Positions 1 to 9,601 of a stretch of DNA of 64,000 nucleotides are shown piece by piece. The stretch spans positions 1-64,000 of the IMG/VR virus record IMGVR_UViG_3300032829_000004, one strand, 5' to 3'. The notes under the pieces were generated by a model. It was not told the DNA's origin. It made no database searches and saw nothing but the letters and a program-made list of their open reading frames with translations. This stretch comes from a virus. Position 1 is the stretch's first letter. Every line of letters starts with the position of its first letter. A program made the translations under genes and the position numbers.

Positions 1-747
1 CGGAGACCGCCCGGCTCCCGCGTCCTCGTCGACCCCGAGCACGACGCGCTCCTCCGCGAGACCGCGGACATCACCGCCGGGTGGGCCGCCAGGGTCCGCG
101 CCGTCCCCGGCCTCCGCCTCGCCCGCCACGGACACCCCCACGCCAGCCCGGAGGCGGTCGCCGCGGACTGCGCCGTCCTCGCCGCCCACACCGTCCCCCT
201 GCTCGCCCTCCCGCCCGGCCCCATGACCCGCTCCTTCACGTGGCCCGCAGGCTCCGCGATGCCCCCCGGCCTCGCCGCGGACCTCGCCGACCTCGAAATC
301 CTCCACATCGGCGACGGGTGGCTCAAAGCCCAGACCCGCCTGTCCGGCGAAGACGCCGGCCTCGAAATCCTGGACCTGCACCGCCGCGCCGTCCGCCTCC
401 TCGGGGAGACCCCCGCGCCCCCGGAAATCCTCGACGGCATCCCCTGCCGCAACTGCGAGGCCATGTCGTCCCTCGCCGTCCTCGAGCAGCCCCCGCCCGA
501 CCCGGAAAAGCCCGCCCCCCCGTGGTGCCGGTGCCTCGAATGCCGCGACGAGATGACCCGGAAGGAGTACGAGGACTGGGCGGCGCAGTACGCGGCATGG
601 ACGCGGGGCGCAGGCGTCCTCACCTGCCGCAGGTGCGACCTCGGGTACTGCGAACGGTGCTGCTGGGACCGCTGCTCATGCCGTGCTGCGGGACACGCCG
701 CCGCCTTATTTGCCAAGATCGATCAGGGGTGCAACACTGACGGCTGA
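1..747 (+). CDS. Cys-rich phage protein (5' end probably outside window), possible late transcription regulator
   Basis: CxxC pairs (CRNC, CLEC, CRRC, CERCC); position just before the HTH/terminase block. Confidence 0.55.
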   Translation, partial: RRPPGSRVLVDPEHDALLRETADITAGWAARVRAVPGLRLARHGHPHASPEAVAADCAVLAAHTVPLLALPPGPMTRSFTWPAGSAMPPGLAADLADLEILHIGDGWLKAQTRLSGEDAGLEILDLHRRAVRLLGETPAPPEILDGIPCRNCEAMSSLAVLEQPPPDPEKPAPPWCRCLECRDEMTRKEYEDWAAQYAAWTRGAGVLTCRRCDLGYCERCCWDRCSCRAAGHAAALFAKIDQGCNTDG

Positions 748-811
748 CGGCAGAACTGTCCCCGGAGCGCGGCGCGCCCGGGGTCTTTTCACATTCCGGG
801 GCGGTGAGCGC

Positions 812-1063
812 ATGCTCCCTGCCCGAGGAGACGGCCTGCTCACCACTCCCCAGCTCGCCCGCCTGCTCGGCGTGAGCCCCGCGACGGTCCGGTCGTGGCG
901 CAACCGCGGCTGGCTCGCCAAGCAGGGCCTTGACGAGCGCGGCCACCCGCTGCACACCCCGGAAGCGGGCCGCGCGGCGGAAAAGCTGGTCCGCGAGCAC
1001 GGCCTCCAGGCGTCCGGGGTCGACCCCCGGCTTCTCCGCAAGGGGACGGCGCGGGCAGCGTGA
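812..1063 (+). CDS. MerR/excisionase-like HTH DNA-binding protein
   Basis: LLTTPQLARLLGVSPATVRSWRNRGWL; ATG at 812 within ORF 683..1063. Confidence 0.75.
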   Translation: MLPARGDGLLTTPQLARLLGVSPATVRSWRNRGWLAKQGLDERGHPLHTPEAGRAAEKLVREHGLQASGVDPRLLRKGTARAA

Positions 1064-1207
1064 CCGTGACCGTGACCGAGCAGGACGGCCGGTGCCGCGC
1101 CACGGTCCCCTCCGAAGGCCGGGATCTGCCCTGCTGCGAGCCCGGTCACCCGGACCCCGCCGAGGCGGCACGGCACGCGTGGACGCTGACCAGGGCGATA
1201 GCGCGGA

Positions 1208-1241
1208 AAACGATCTTGAACCCCCCGTAAACGATCTTGAA
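1208..1241. repeat. 13-bp direct repeat AAACGATCTTGAA x2, 21-bp period
   Basis: Copies at 1208-1220 and 1229-1241, AT-rich, upstream of the small terminase. Confidence 0.8.
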
Positions 1242-1300
1242 AGACCGTCTCCGCGCGGGGGCCGCGGCCTCTATGAGCACAAGTTCAGGAGGCACCTTCT

Positions 1301-1864
1301 ATGGCCGAGCGCGCCGGGCCTTTCTGCGGGGCCGAGCGCCGGCACGGCAACGGCAAGTGCAGGCGCGACGCCGGGGCCGGAACCGACCACAAGGGCTACG
1401 GCAGGTGCTCATGGCACGGCGGAAGCTCCCCGGCCGGAAGCCAGTCGGCAGCGGAGCAGCGCATCGAGGACCAGGCACAGAAACTGCTGTACCAGCATGA
1501 CGCGGCCCCCGTCGCCAACCCGCTGCTGGCCCTGCAGGCTCTCGCCGGGCGGGCACTGGCGATGGAGGCCGCGATCGGCGAGGCCGTCAACCGGCTCGGC
1601 TCGATCCGCTACGACACCGAGACGGGCGGCGAGCAGCTCCGGGCCGAGGTTGCCGTCATGGAACGGGCCATGGACCGGTGCGGCAAGCTCCTGACCGACA
1701 TCGCCCGGCTGAACATTGACGAGCGGCTCGCGAAGATCGAGCGGGACAAGGCGGACGTCATCGTCGAGGCGATCGAGATCGCCCTCGCCGCGGCGGGCAT
1801 CCGTGGGCAGCAGGCGACGGAGGCGAAGCGGGCCGCCGCGCGGCACCTGAGGGCTGTTGCCTGA
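1301..1864 (+). CDS. Putative terminase small subunit (HGGxSTG-like motif)
   Basis: CSWHGGSSP motif, helical C-terminus, overlaps start of the large terminase. Confidence 0.65.
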   Translation: MAERAGPFCGAERRHGNGKCRRDAGAGTDHKGYGRCSWHGGSSPAGSQSAAEQRIEDQAQKLLYQHDAAPVANPLLALQALAGRALAMEAAIGEAVNRLGSIRYDTETGGEQLRAEVAVMERAMDRCGKLLTDIARLNIDERLAKIERDKADVIVEAIEIALAAAGIRGQQATEAKRAAARHLRAVA

Positions 1865-3425
1865 CGCGTTCTCCCTGGCCGCCGACGAGCTTGAAGACGG
1901 CGCCGACGTCTCGGGCATCCTCCGCTTCTACGATGACCCGGCCGGGTTCGCCGAGCAGGCGATCGCATGGAAGCCGGGCAGGTCCCTGTCGCCCTACCAG
2001 GCCGAGGTCCTGGGGAAGATCCCGGCCGGCAAGCGCGTCTCGGTCCGGGGCCCGCACGGGCTGGGGAAGAGCACGACTTCCGCCCTGGCTGTCCTGTGGT
2101 TCGCCCTGACCCGCGACGCGGCCGGGCGCGACTGGAAATGCGTCACCACCGCCGGGGCCTGGCGGCAGCTCACCCACTACCTGTGGCCGGAGATCCGCAA
2201 GTGGTCCCGCATGGTCCGGTGGGACTTCCTCGGCCTGCCTCCGCTCCGCGAGGGCCATGAACTGCTCGTCTTGTCGATGAAGCTGCGGCACGGCGAGGCG
2301 TTCGCGGCTGCGTCGAACAAGCCGGAGCTGATCGAGGGCGCGCACGGCGACTCGGTCATGTACGTGTTCGACGAGTCGAAGGCGATCATCGCCGACACGT
2401 TCGACGCTGCCGAGGGCGCGTTCTCGGGCGCGTCGGATGACGAGGGGCTCGAGGCGTTCGCGCTGGCGATGTCGACGCCGGGCGACCCGAACGGCCGGTT
2501 CTACGATATCCACCGGCGTGCCCCGGGCCTGGACGACTGGCATGCCCGGCATGTCACGCTCGAAGAGGCGATCGCGGCCGGCCGCGTGTCGCGGGAGTGG
2601 GCGGAACGAAGGCGGCAGCAGTGGGGCGCGGACAGTGCCGCCTACCACAACCGGGTGCTGGGCGAGTTCTGGTCCTCGGATGAGGACGGGGTCATCCCTC
2701 TGCGCTGGATTGAGCTGGCGAACGAGCGGTGGCACGAGTGGGACGCGTCCGGGCGCCCGGACCTTCCCGGCCCGCACGTTGACGGCGTGGACGTGGCCCG
2801 GTCGGGTGAGGACAAGACGGTGATCGCGATCAGGCGCGGCCCGGTCCTGGCGGAGCTTCGTCGGTCCTCGAAAGAGGACACGATGCAGACCGCCGGCCGG
2901 GTGAAGGCGCATCTCGACACCGACCCGGACGCGACCGCCGTGGTGGACGTGATCGGCATCGGGGCGGGCGTGCTGGACCGGCTCCGCGAGCAGGGCTGCA
3001 AGGCGGTCGGTTTCAACGCCTCGGCGGGCACGAAGAAACGGGACGCGTCAAACGAGCTGGGCTTCGTGAACCTGCGGTCGGCGGCGTGGTGGTCGCTGCG
3101 CGAGCAGCTTGATCCCTCCGCCGGGTCTGACGTGGCGCTGATCCCGGATGACCTGCTGCTCGGCGACCTGACCGCCCCGAAGTGGCGGGTCATGTCCGGG
3201 GGGAAGATCCAGGTGGAGTCCAAGGACGACATCAGGAAGAGGATCGGCCGGTCCACGGACGACGGCGACGGCACGGTGCAGGCGTTCAACGGCGACGGCG
3301 GGTCGTACATGGACGCGTACGGGGTCGTGAAGTGCGGCGGTTGCGGGCGCGGTTTTCTCGGCATGGCGGACGGGAAGCCGAGGGACCGGTGCCCGCACTG
3401 CGGCGCGGCTGCGGAGACGGCGTGA
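1857..3425 (+). CDS. terL: Terminase large subunit
   Basis: Walker A GPHGLGKST, Walker B YVFDE, STP coupling motif, nuclease GVDVARSGEDKTV and RSTDDGD; C-terminal zinc ribbon. Confidence 0.93.
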   Translation: MPDAFSLAADELEDGADVSGILRFYDDPAGFAEQAIAWKPGRSLSPYQAEVLGKIPAGKRVSVRGPHGLGKSTTSALAVLWFALTRDAAGRDWKCVTTAGAWRQLTHYLWPEIRKWSRMVRWDFLGLPPLREGHELLVLSMKLRHGEAFAAASNKPELIEGAHGDSVMYVFDESKAIIADTFDAAEGAFSGASDDEGLEAFALAMSTPGDPNGRFYDIHRRAPGLDDWHARHVTLEEAIAAGRVSREWAERRRQQWGADSAAYHNRVLGEFWSSDEDGVIPLRWIELANERWHEWDASGRPDLPGPHVDGVDVARSGEDKTVIAIRRGPVLAELRRSSKEDTMQTAGRVKAHLDTDPDATAVVDVIGIGAGVLDRLREQGCKAVGFNASAGTKKRDASNELGFVNLRSAAWWSLREQLDPSAGSDVALIPDDLLLGDLTAPKWRVMSGGKIQVESKDDIRKRIGRSTDDGDGTVQAFNGDGGSYMDAYGVVKCGGCGRGFLGMADGKPRDRCPHCGAAAETA

Positions 3426-3877
3426 AGGCCCCATCCCGGACGGAAAGCGACAGGAGCGAAGTGGCGCTGACGCGCTTGTGCCCGTTCTGCCTTGAAGCGG
3501 CCGTAGAGTGCATCTGCCCCGAGGAGGAGCCAGTGCCAGCGATCCCCGGAATGCGGCAGATCCCGGACGCGCAGGCGGAGATGGAACGGCTCGCCGAGGC
3601 CCGCAAGCAGCCGCCCGCCGGCGTGGTCCTGACTGGCATCGCCTGCCCCGTCTGCGGCAGGCAGGTCCCCGTCGAGTGCGGCGACGTGACCGGCCTCGAC
3701 CTTGCGGGCATGCTCGCAATCGCAATGGCCAAGGCAGACCAGGCGCACGTCACCTGCGATGCCGTCGAACACGGCCCGGTCTCCGTCAGCGCTGCCGACG
3801 CGGACGGCGCGGAGAAGTACCGGGAGCAGGCCGCCGCGGCGCCGTTCCCCGGCCTGCAGACGCGCTTCGGCCGGTGA
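3422..3877 (+). CDS. Hypothetical Cys-rich protein
   Basis: GTGA overlap with terL; CPFC, CPVC. Confidence 0.55.
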   Translation: MKAPSRTESDRSEVALTRLCPFCLEAAVECICPEEEPVPAIPGMRQIPDAQAEMERLAEARKQPPAGVVLTGIACPVCGRQVPVECGDVTGLDLAGMLAIAMAKADQAHVTCDAVEHGPVSVSAADADGAEKYREQAAAAPFPGLQTRFGR

Positions 3878-4260
3878 CCTCTCCCGGCATCCCCCGCTCC
3901 CACGGCGAGCCCCTCCTCGACCGTGCCGCCGCCGGGGCGATCGACGCGGCACGGGAGCGGGCAGGGATCGGCAGGCCGCCCGGCTTCCCGTTCCCGCAAA
4001 GGCACGTCCTCACCCCGGAAGAGCGGAAGGAAGCCCTCGCCGCCGCGAAGGACGCCTGCCAGCTGTGCGGCGGCCTTCACGCCGCCCCCGGCACCCCGGC
4101 CTGCCCGCGCCTGCGCATATTCGAGCTCAACCCGGACGGCAGGGTCATCAAGGGCGAGTTCTGGCAGGACGGCACATGGGACGCGACCCGGGTGCTTTTC
4201 ATCGCCGACGCGGCCGAGGAACCCGGCACCGGGGACGATGACGAGGGTGAGCGTGACTGA
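3874..4260 (+). CDS. Hypothetical protein
   Basis: GTGA overlap; CQLCGGLH...CPR motif. Confidence 0.6.
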   Translation: MTSPGIPRSHGEPLLDRAAAGAIDAARERAGIGRPPGFPFPQRHVLTPEERKEALAAAKDACQLCGGLHAAPGTPACPRLRIFELNPDGRVIKGEFWQDGTWDATRVLFIADAAEEPGTGDDDEGERD

Positions 4261-4353
4261 CGCCGAGCGGTTCCTGGCGGAGATCGTCAAGACGGCCGAG
4301 GCGCTCGGCTTCAGCGAGGTCATCGTGCTGGGGTGCGACGCGGAGCCCGGCCG

Positions 4354-4626
4354 GTGAGCGCGCCCTCGGACGGCGGGCAGGACCAAGCCCTCGCCGGCCT
4401 CGCGGGCGTTTCCGTCCCGGACGGCGTGAACCGGGACGTCCTGCGCCTGGACCTGATCGGCAGGGCACGGGAGAACGGCGTCACCTGGGCCGCGATCGGG
4501 GCGAGCCTCGGCGGGATGAACGGCAAGGCGGCGAAGGCGGCGGCGAAGAGGCTCGCCAGGGACACCCGGCGGCAGCTCGCGGCGGCGGTGCCCGGGGACG
4601 TCATCGAGGAGATCCTGAAGTCATGA
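4354..4626 (+). CDS. Small HTH-like protein
   Basis: ARENGVTWAAIGASLG; coupled overlaps at both ends. Confidence 0.55.
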   Translation: MSAPSDGGQDQALAGLAGVSVPDGVNRDVLRLDLIGRARENGVTWAAIGASLGGMNGKAAKAAAKRLARDTRRQLAAAVPGDVIEEILKS

Positions 4627-4934
4627 CCGAGACTCCCGGCGAGTACCGCAAGCCCTCTCCCGGTGACCTCGCCGGCCGCTTCACCCCGCCCGGTACCGAC
4701 GTGACCCGGCTCCTGAACTCGCTGAAGTCCGCGCACGCCCCCGCGGCCCCGGCCCCTGGCGCCTGCCTGCCTGCCGACCCGTTCGGGAAGGCCGACGGCG
4801 CCGGCATAGCCCTCGCCGAGATGTACCGTTCCATGCTCGCCGGCGGAATCCCGCTCCCGTCGGTGGAGAAGATCCTCGGGCACATGCTCGCCAGCCTGCC
4901 GTCTCAGGATGATCAGCGCCCCGGCGGCGTGTAA
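4623..4934 (+). CDS. Hypothetical protein
   Basis: ATGA overlap, high-GC3 codon usage. Confidence 0.55.
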   Translation: MTETPGEYRKPSPGDLAGRFTPPGTDVTRLLNSLKSAHAPAAPAPGACLPADPFGKADGAGIALAEMYRSMLAGGIPLPSVEKILGHMLASLPSQDDQRPGGV

Positions 4935-5035
4935 ACGTCATCCGCCTTCTTGCACCGCCTGCACAGCACGAAGTCCGCGTCCCATGAGATCAGCCCGAGC
5001 GGGCGGCGGCACCAGTTGCAGAACCCCTCGGCCAT
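4913..5035 (-). CDS. Small antisense zinc-finger peptide
   Basis: MAEGFCNWCRRPLG...VLCRRCKK fills the gap before the portal. Confidence 0.4.
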   Translation of the reverse strand: MAEGFCNWCRRPLGLISWDADFVLCRRCKKADDVYTPPGR

Positions 5036-5075
5036 GAGCGTCACGGACTGACCGTACCCGCCGGGGGGTGGCCCC

Positions 5076-8000
5076 TTGGCAAGCCCGGCCGCCATCCTCC
5101 GTGCCGCCAAGGCCGTTCCCGGCGCAGCGCAGGCAACCCCGCCGCCGCAGGGGGCACCGGGATGGTCCGGGGCGATGTCGCCGCTCGCCCGCGAACTGGC
5201 CGCACCGGACTCCTACCGGAACGCCTACGGCCCGTTCCTGCCCAGGCCGCCGCAGGACTTCACGCAGGGCGCGTTCGGGCCGTTCTCCCCGATCCTCCCC
5301 GTCCCGGTCGACGCCCCCGAGGACAACGGCAGGGCCGAGCCCCGCCGGGAGCAGTACGAGGTCGGCTGGAACCTGCCCGTCGGCCAGCCCGGCACCGAAG
5401 GGATCAAGCTCGCGTCGTTCCAGACGCTGAGGACCATCGCCGACCTCTACAGCGTCGCCCGCAGCTGCATCCAGCTCCGGAAGAACGAGATCAAGGGCGT
5501 CGCCTGGGACATCGTCCCCACCCTCGACGCGGCCAAGGCGATGCGCGGCTCCCCGTCCCAGTCCAAGGACTTCGGGAAGCGCCGCGCCGAGGCCCTGAAG
5601 TTCTTCCAGCGTCCCGACCCGGACTACTTCACGTGGTCGTCATGGATCGGCGACGTCATGGAGCAGGTCCTCGTCTTCGACGCCCTGTCGGTCTTCCTGC
5701 AGCCCAAACGCGGCAAGGGGCTGGGGAAAGGCCTGCTCGGCTCCGACCTCGACTGCCTGCAGCTCATCGACGGCGAGACGATCCGCCCCCTGTACGACCT
5801 GCACGGCGCCACCCCCCGCCCCCCGGCAGTGGCATGGCAGCAGTACCTTTACGGCGTTCCCCGCGCCGACTTCACGGCGGTGATCACCGGCCGGGACATC
5901 GACGAGGCAGGCCTGACCGGAGCCCAGTGGGGCCAGTTCCGCGGCGACCAGCTCCTGTACCTGCCGGTGGAGAAGCGCAGGTGGACCCCGTACGGGTTCC
6001 CGCCCGTCGAGCGGGCACTGCTGCCGATCATGGCCGGCCTGCAGAAGCAGGGCTACGCCCTGGACTTCTTCCGCGAGGGCACCGTCCCCGCCGTCTACAT
6101 CTCGCCGGGCGACACGGCGATGACGCCGAACCAGATCCGGGAGCTGCAGGACGCCCTCAACGCGATCACGGGCGACCCGGCCTGGCATCACAAGGTCATC
6201 GTGCTGCCCCCCGGCTCCAAGACGATGCCGCAGCGCCCGGCTGAACTCGCCGACCAGTTCGACGAAGTGGTAATGAACTGGGTGTGCATGTCGTTCGACG
6301 TGCAGCCGATGGAACTCGGCATCAGCCCGAAGGTCTCCACCACGCAGAGCCCCGGCGCAGCCAACCAGATGGCCAAGGCGTCGCAGTCCTCCCAGGAACG
6401 CAAGGCCACCAAGCCGACCCTGGAGTTCCTCTCCGCGATCTGCGACTACATCCTGCAGGAGGTCTGCCGGCAGGCCGACATGCGGTTCCTGTTCGAGGGC
6501 CTCGAAGAGGACGAGGACGAGCTGACCCAGACGACGATGCTCACCGCGCAGATCAGCGCGGGCCTGCGGAGCATCGACGAGGGACGGGGCGAGCTCGGCC
6601 TTCAGCCGTGGGGCCTGCCCGAGACGTCCGATCCCGGCTGGGCGTCCCCGACTGCGGGCTTCGTCCCGCTCGGCCAGGTCGACGCCACGGGCGCCCCGGT
6701 CGCGGGCGCGCAGCCGGACGCCTCCCACCCGGCGGGCGCACCCCCGGCAGGACAGGCACCGGGACAGCCGGCCGGGCAGCGCCAGCCGGGAAGCGCTCCG
6801 GCCGGCCGGCAGGACCAGGAACCGGGCCAGGTACCCGGACGGCAGCAGGGCAACGCCGGCCAGTCTCCAGGCCACGACGCGGCCGAGGCGGCGGCAGCCG
6901 CGCAGCAGTCCGCGGCCGGGCACGGCACCGGCAGCAGCCGCGCATCCTCCCCGAAGGCCGCCCATGCCGAACTGGACGCCCTCGCCCGGCACCTGCGCAA
7001 GGGCCGCGCCATCTCCACGTGGCAGCCCCGGCACCTGCCCGCGGTCACCCTCGCGATGATCTCCGAGGACCTCGCGAAAGGCCTGTCCGCCGGCCAGGCC
7101 GTCGACGTCGCGCGGGCAATCACCCTGCCGAAGGCGGATTGGGAGTGGGCCGGCAAGGATGCCGGTGACAGCGGCCCGAAAGGATGGCCGGGCTGGGAGC
7201 TTGACGAGATCCTCGCCCGGGTCTACGCCGGGAAGCTGACAGCTGCGTTCAAGACTGCGGCGAGGGCCATCCGGCAGGCCGCGGCCCGCTGGCTCGGCCA
7301 GGCGGCCGGTTCCGCGGACGCGGCGGCGCGGGCGATCCGGCAGGCGGTCGAGGACTCCCTCGGCGGCATCCTGCGGGACGCGTGGACTGAAGGTTACGCG
7401 CTCGGCCAGCAGGCCGCCATGGCGATGATCACCGAGGCGGACGCGGTCGACTGGGGCGAGTGGACTCCGGGCGACGCCGAGGCCGCGGCGAAGGTCGCCG
7501 ACGCTTCCGGCCTGTCAGACCTGCTGTCGCAGTACGGGATCGGCGCGATCAAGTCGATCTCGGGGACGAACATGGACGGCGTCGCGCAACTGCTGTCGGA
7601 TGCACTGGACGGGGGCCTGTCGTCGGCGTCGCTCGCCCGGCAGATCCTCGGCCTGCTCAACCTTCCGGGCCGGGCGCAGATGATCGCGCAGACGGAGATC
7701 GCCCGCGCCGTGTCCGCGGCGACACTGGACCGGTTCTCGGCCATGAACGTGACGGCGAAGCAGTGGCTCATCGCCCCGTCGAAAGCATGCCCGTCATGTG
7801 TCGCGAACGCGAGCCAGGGCGCGATCCCTGCTAACGCTGACTTCCGGAGCGGCGTCAAGTCGCCTCCGGGCCATCCGTCGTGCCGGTGCGCCATCGCCCC
7901 GGCCGCGGTCGCAGGGGTCAGCCTGGCCGGCAAGTCCGTCCGCGTCATCGACCTCAACGGCCAGGAGACACGGCGCGGCCAGCGGCAGGACGACGACGGG

Positions 8001-9248
8001 GGCTACGCGGCCGGCGGAGGCGCGGCCGGGGTGAGGCCGCACGACGGCGACGGCAGGCAGCAGGACATCCCCGGCGGCGTTCCCGGCTCCACGGCAGGCG
8101 GGGAACCTCCCCGCTGGGACGGGTCGGAACCGGAGCCCCGGGTCATGACCGTGCCGGACGACGAGGACGACGCTGACTACCCGGACACCCGGGGCGTGCC
8201 CTCTCGTCCCGGCACTTACTGGCCCGCCCCGTACATGGACGGGTACTGGCCGCAGGGCGGCCACGGCACCCGCCAGGCGGGAACGTCGAGCCCCGGCGGC
8301 GGGGGGGCGAGGGGAAGGCCCCCGAACGGCGTCGGGAAGGGCGCTGCCGACCTGGACGACCCGAACCCGGCCGACGCGGAGCACGTCCGCGCCCTGATGG
8401 AGCAGAAATTTCCGGAGAAGGCCCTGAGCTGGGTGGACGATGCACGGTGGATCGGCCCCGTGAACGTCCCGCTCGACCGGATCGACTTCTCCGGCGAGGA
8501 CTCGTGGGCAGCCTCTCACGATAAGGCGACGGTCAAGCGGTACGCGAAGGACATCAAGCACGGAACCGGCCACGCCCACCCGGTGATCCTCGTCCAGTCC
8601 CCGGCCAGCCCGAAAGCCGTCATCATCGACGGCCACCACCGCACCCTGGCGTACCGGAAGCTCGGAAGGCCCGTTAAGGCCTACGTCGGGCAGGTGGACA
8701 AGGTCACCCCGGAGATCGCCGAGACCCACTCCTACCAGGCGGGAGGCGGCGGTGACATGACGGGCAAGGCGGCAGTTCCCGGGCTCACGTCCCGTTCGGG
8801 AATGATCTCCCTCGACCTGCCGCCGGGCACGATCGCGCCGGTACCGGGCGGGGTGGACGACCATCACGTCACCGTCGTCTACCTCGGGCCGGACGTGGAC
8901 GACGACGCGTTCGCGGACGCCTGCGCGAGGGCGCAGGCGGCGGCGCGGCTTGCACCCGGCCCGCTCGCCGGCATCCTCGCCGGCGCCGGCTCGTTCGAGC
9001 CGTCCGGTTCCAGCGGCGGCAAGGTGCCCGCGTTCATCCCGGCCCGCATCCCCGGCGCGGAACGCCTGCGGAACGACCTCGCGGACCTGTCGGCGAGCGA
9101 GCACGCGGACTGGAAGCCGCACGTCACCATCGCCTACCTTGACCCCGGCGAACCGCTCCCGGACCCCGGGCCGCCGGTTCCGGTGATGTTCACGCACCTG
9201 TCCGTTCACCGGGGCGGCGACGTGCGCCGTTTCCCGCTCGGCGGCTAG
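5076..9248 (+). CDS. Portal protein fused to MuF (head morphogenesis) domain, ParB/Srx-like domain and C-terminal 2H phosphoesterase
   Basis: Portal-like N-half (TPYGFPPVE, FFREGTVP, MSFDVQPMELG); MuF RAQMIAQTE...KQWL...CPSC...PPGHPSCRC; ParB IIDGHHRT; 2H motifs HVTVVYLG and HVTIAYL. Confidence 0.85.
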   Translation: MASPAAILRAAKAVPGAAQATPPPQGAPGWSGAMSPLARELAAPDSYRNAYGPFLPRPPQDFTQGAFGPFSPILPVPVDAPEDNGRAEPRREQYEVGWNLPVGQPGTEGIKLASFQTLRTIADLYSVARSCIQLRKNEIKGVAWDIVPTLDAAKAMRGSPSQSKDFGKRRAEALKFFQRPDPDYFTWSSWIGDVMEQVLVFDALSVFLQPKRGKGLGKGLLGSDLDCLQLIDGETIRPLYDLHGATPRPPAVAWQQYLYGVPRADFTAVITGRDIDEAGLTGAQWGQFRGDQLLYLPVEKRRWTPYGFPPVERALLPIMAGLQKQGYALDFFREGTVPAVYISPGDTAMTPNQIRELQDALNAITGDPAWHHKVIVLPPGSKTMPQRPAELADQFDEVVMNWVCMSFDVQPMELGISPKVSTTQSPGAANQMAKASQSSQERKATKPTLEFLSAICDYILQEVCRQADMRFLFEGLEEDEDELTQTTMLTAQISAGLRSIDEGRGELGLQPWGLPETSDPGWASPTAGFVPLGQVDATGAPVAGAQPDASHPAGAPPAGQAPGQPAGQRQPGSAPAGRQDQEPGQVPGRQQGNAGQSPGHDAAEAAAAAQQSAAGHGTGSSRASSPKAAHAELDALARHLRKGRAISTWQPRHLPAVTLAMISEDLAKGLSAGQAVDVARAITLPKADWEWAGKDAGDSGPKGWPGWELDEILARVYAGKLTAAFKTAARAIRQAAARWLGQAAGSADAAARAIRQAVEDSLGGILRDAWTEGYALGQQAAMAMITEADAVDWGEWTPGDAEAAAKVADASGLSDLLSQYGIGAIKSISGTNMDGVAQLLSDALDGGLSSASLARQILGLLNLPGRAQMIAQTEIARAVSAATLDRFSAMNVTAKQWLIAPSKACPSCVANASQGAIPANADFRSGVKSPPGHPSCRCAIAPAAVAGVSLAGKSVRVIDLNGQETRRGQRQDDDGGYAAGGGAAGVRPHDGDGRQQDIPGGVPGSTAGGEPPRWDGSEPEPRVMTVPDDEDDADYPDTRGVPSRPGTYWPAPYMDGYWPQGGHGTRQAGTSSPGGGGARGRPPNGVGKGAADLDDPNPADAEHVRALMEQKFPEKALSWVDDARWIGPVNVPLDRIDFSGEDSWAASHDKATVKRYAKDIKHGTGHAHPVILVQSPASPKAVIIDGHHRTLAYRKLGRPVKAYVGQVDKVTPEIAETHSYQAGGGGDMTGKAAVPGLTSRSGMISLDLPPGTIAPVPGGVDDHHVTVVYLGPDVDDDAFADACARAQAAARLAPGPLAGILAGAGSFEPSGSSGGKVPAFIPARIPGAERLRNDLADLSASEHADWKPHVTIAYLDPGEPLPDPGPPVPVMFTHLSVHRGGDVRRFPLGG

Positions 9249-9252
9249 CCGG

Positions 9253-9552
9253 GTGGGCAAGCCCGGCCGCGGGCACCGCAAGGACAGGCGCGGCAGGCGG
9301 CTCGCGAAAGCCGTGCACGCCCCTCTCCCCGATCGCCGCCGCAATGGCGCCGAGCCACCCTCCGCGCGCCTGCTCCAGTCGGTCGCCGGCGCACTGAACG
9401 CCTGCGAGGCCGCCGGGATCATCGTCCAGCTCGCCCACGGGGCCGTCATCACCGACGAAGGCTACGTCTTCGCGGTAGGCGCAGCCGGGGGACGCTGGGC
9501 CGCCCGCTCCCGGACGCTGACCGGGTTCCCTGCAGCGGACGGCGACGACTAG
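9253..9552 (+). CDS. Hypothetical protein
   Basis: Fills gap between portal and protease. Confidence 0.5.
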   Translation: MGKPGRGHRKDRRGRRLAKAVHAPLPDRRRNGAEPPSARLLQSVAGALNACEAAGIIVQLAHGAVITDEGYVFAVGAAGGRWAARSRTLTGFPAADGDD

Positions 9553-9601
9553 CAAGCAGACCTGCCCATCGCGGCACGAACACCCCTACGCAAGGAGATG
9601 T

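Noticed and set aside
8340-8740. ParB domain as evidence for a plasmid partition system
   Set aside because: It is embedded in the portal polyprotein, with no HTH and no ParA in the window.
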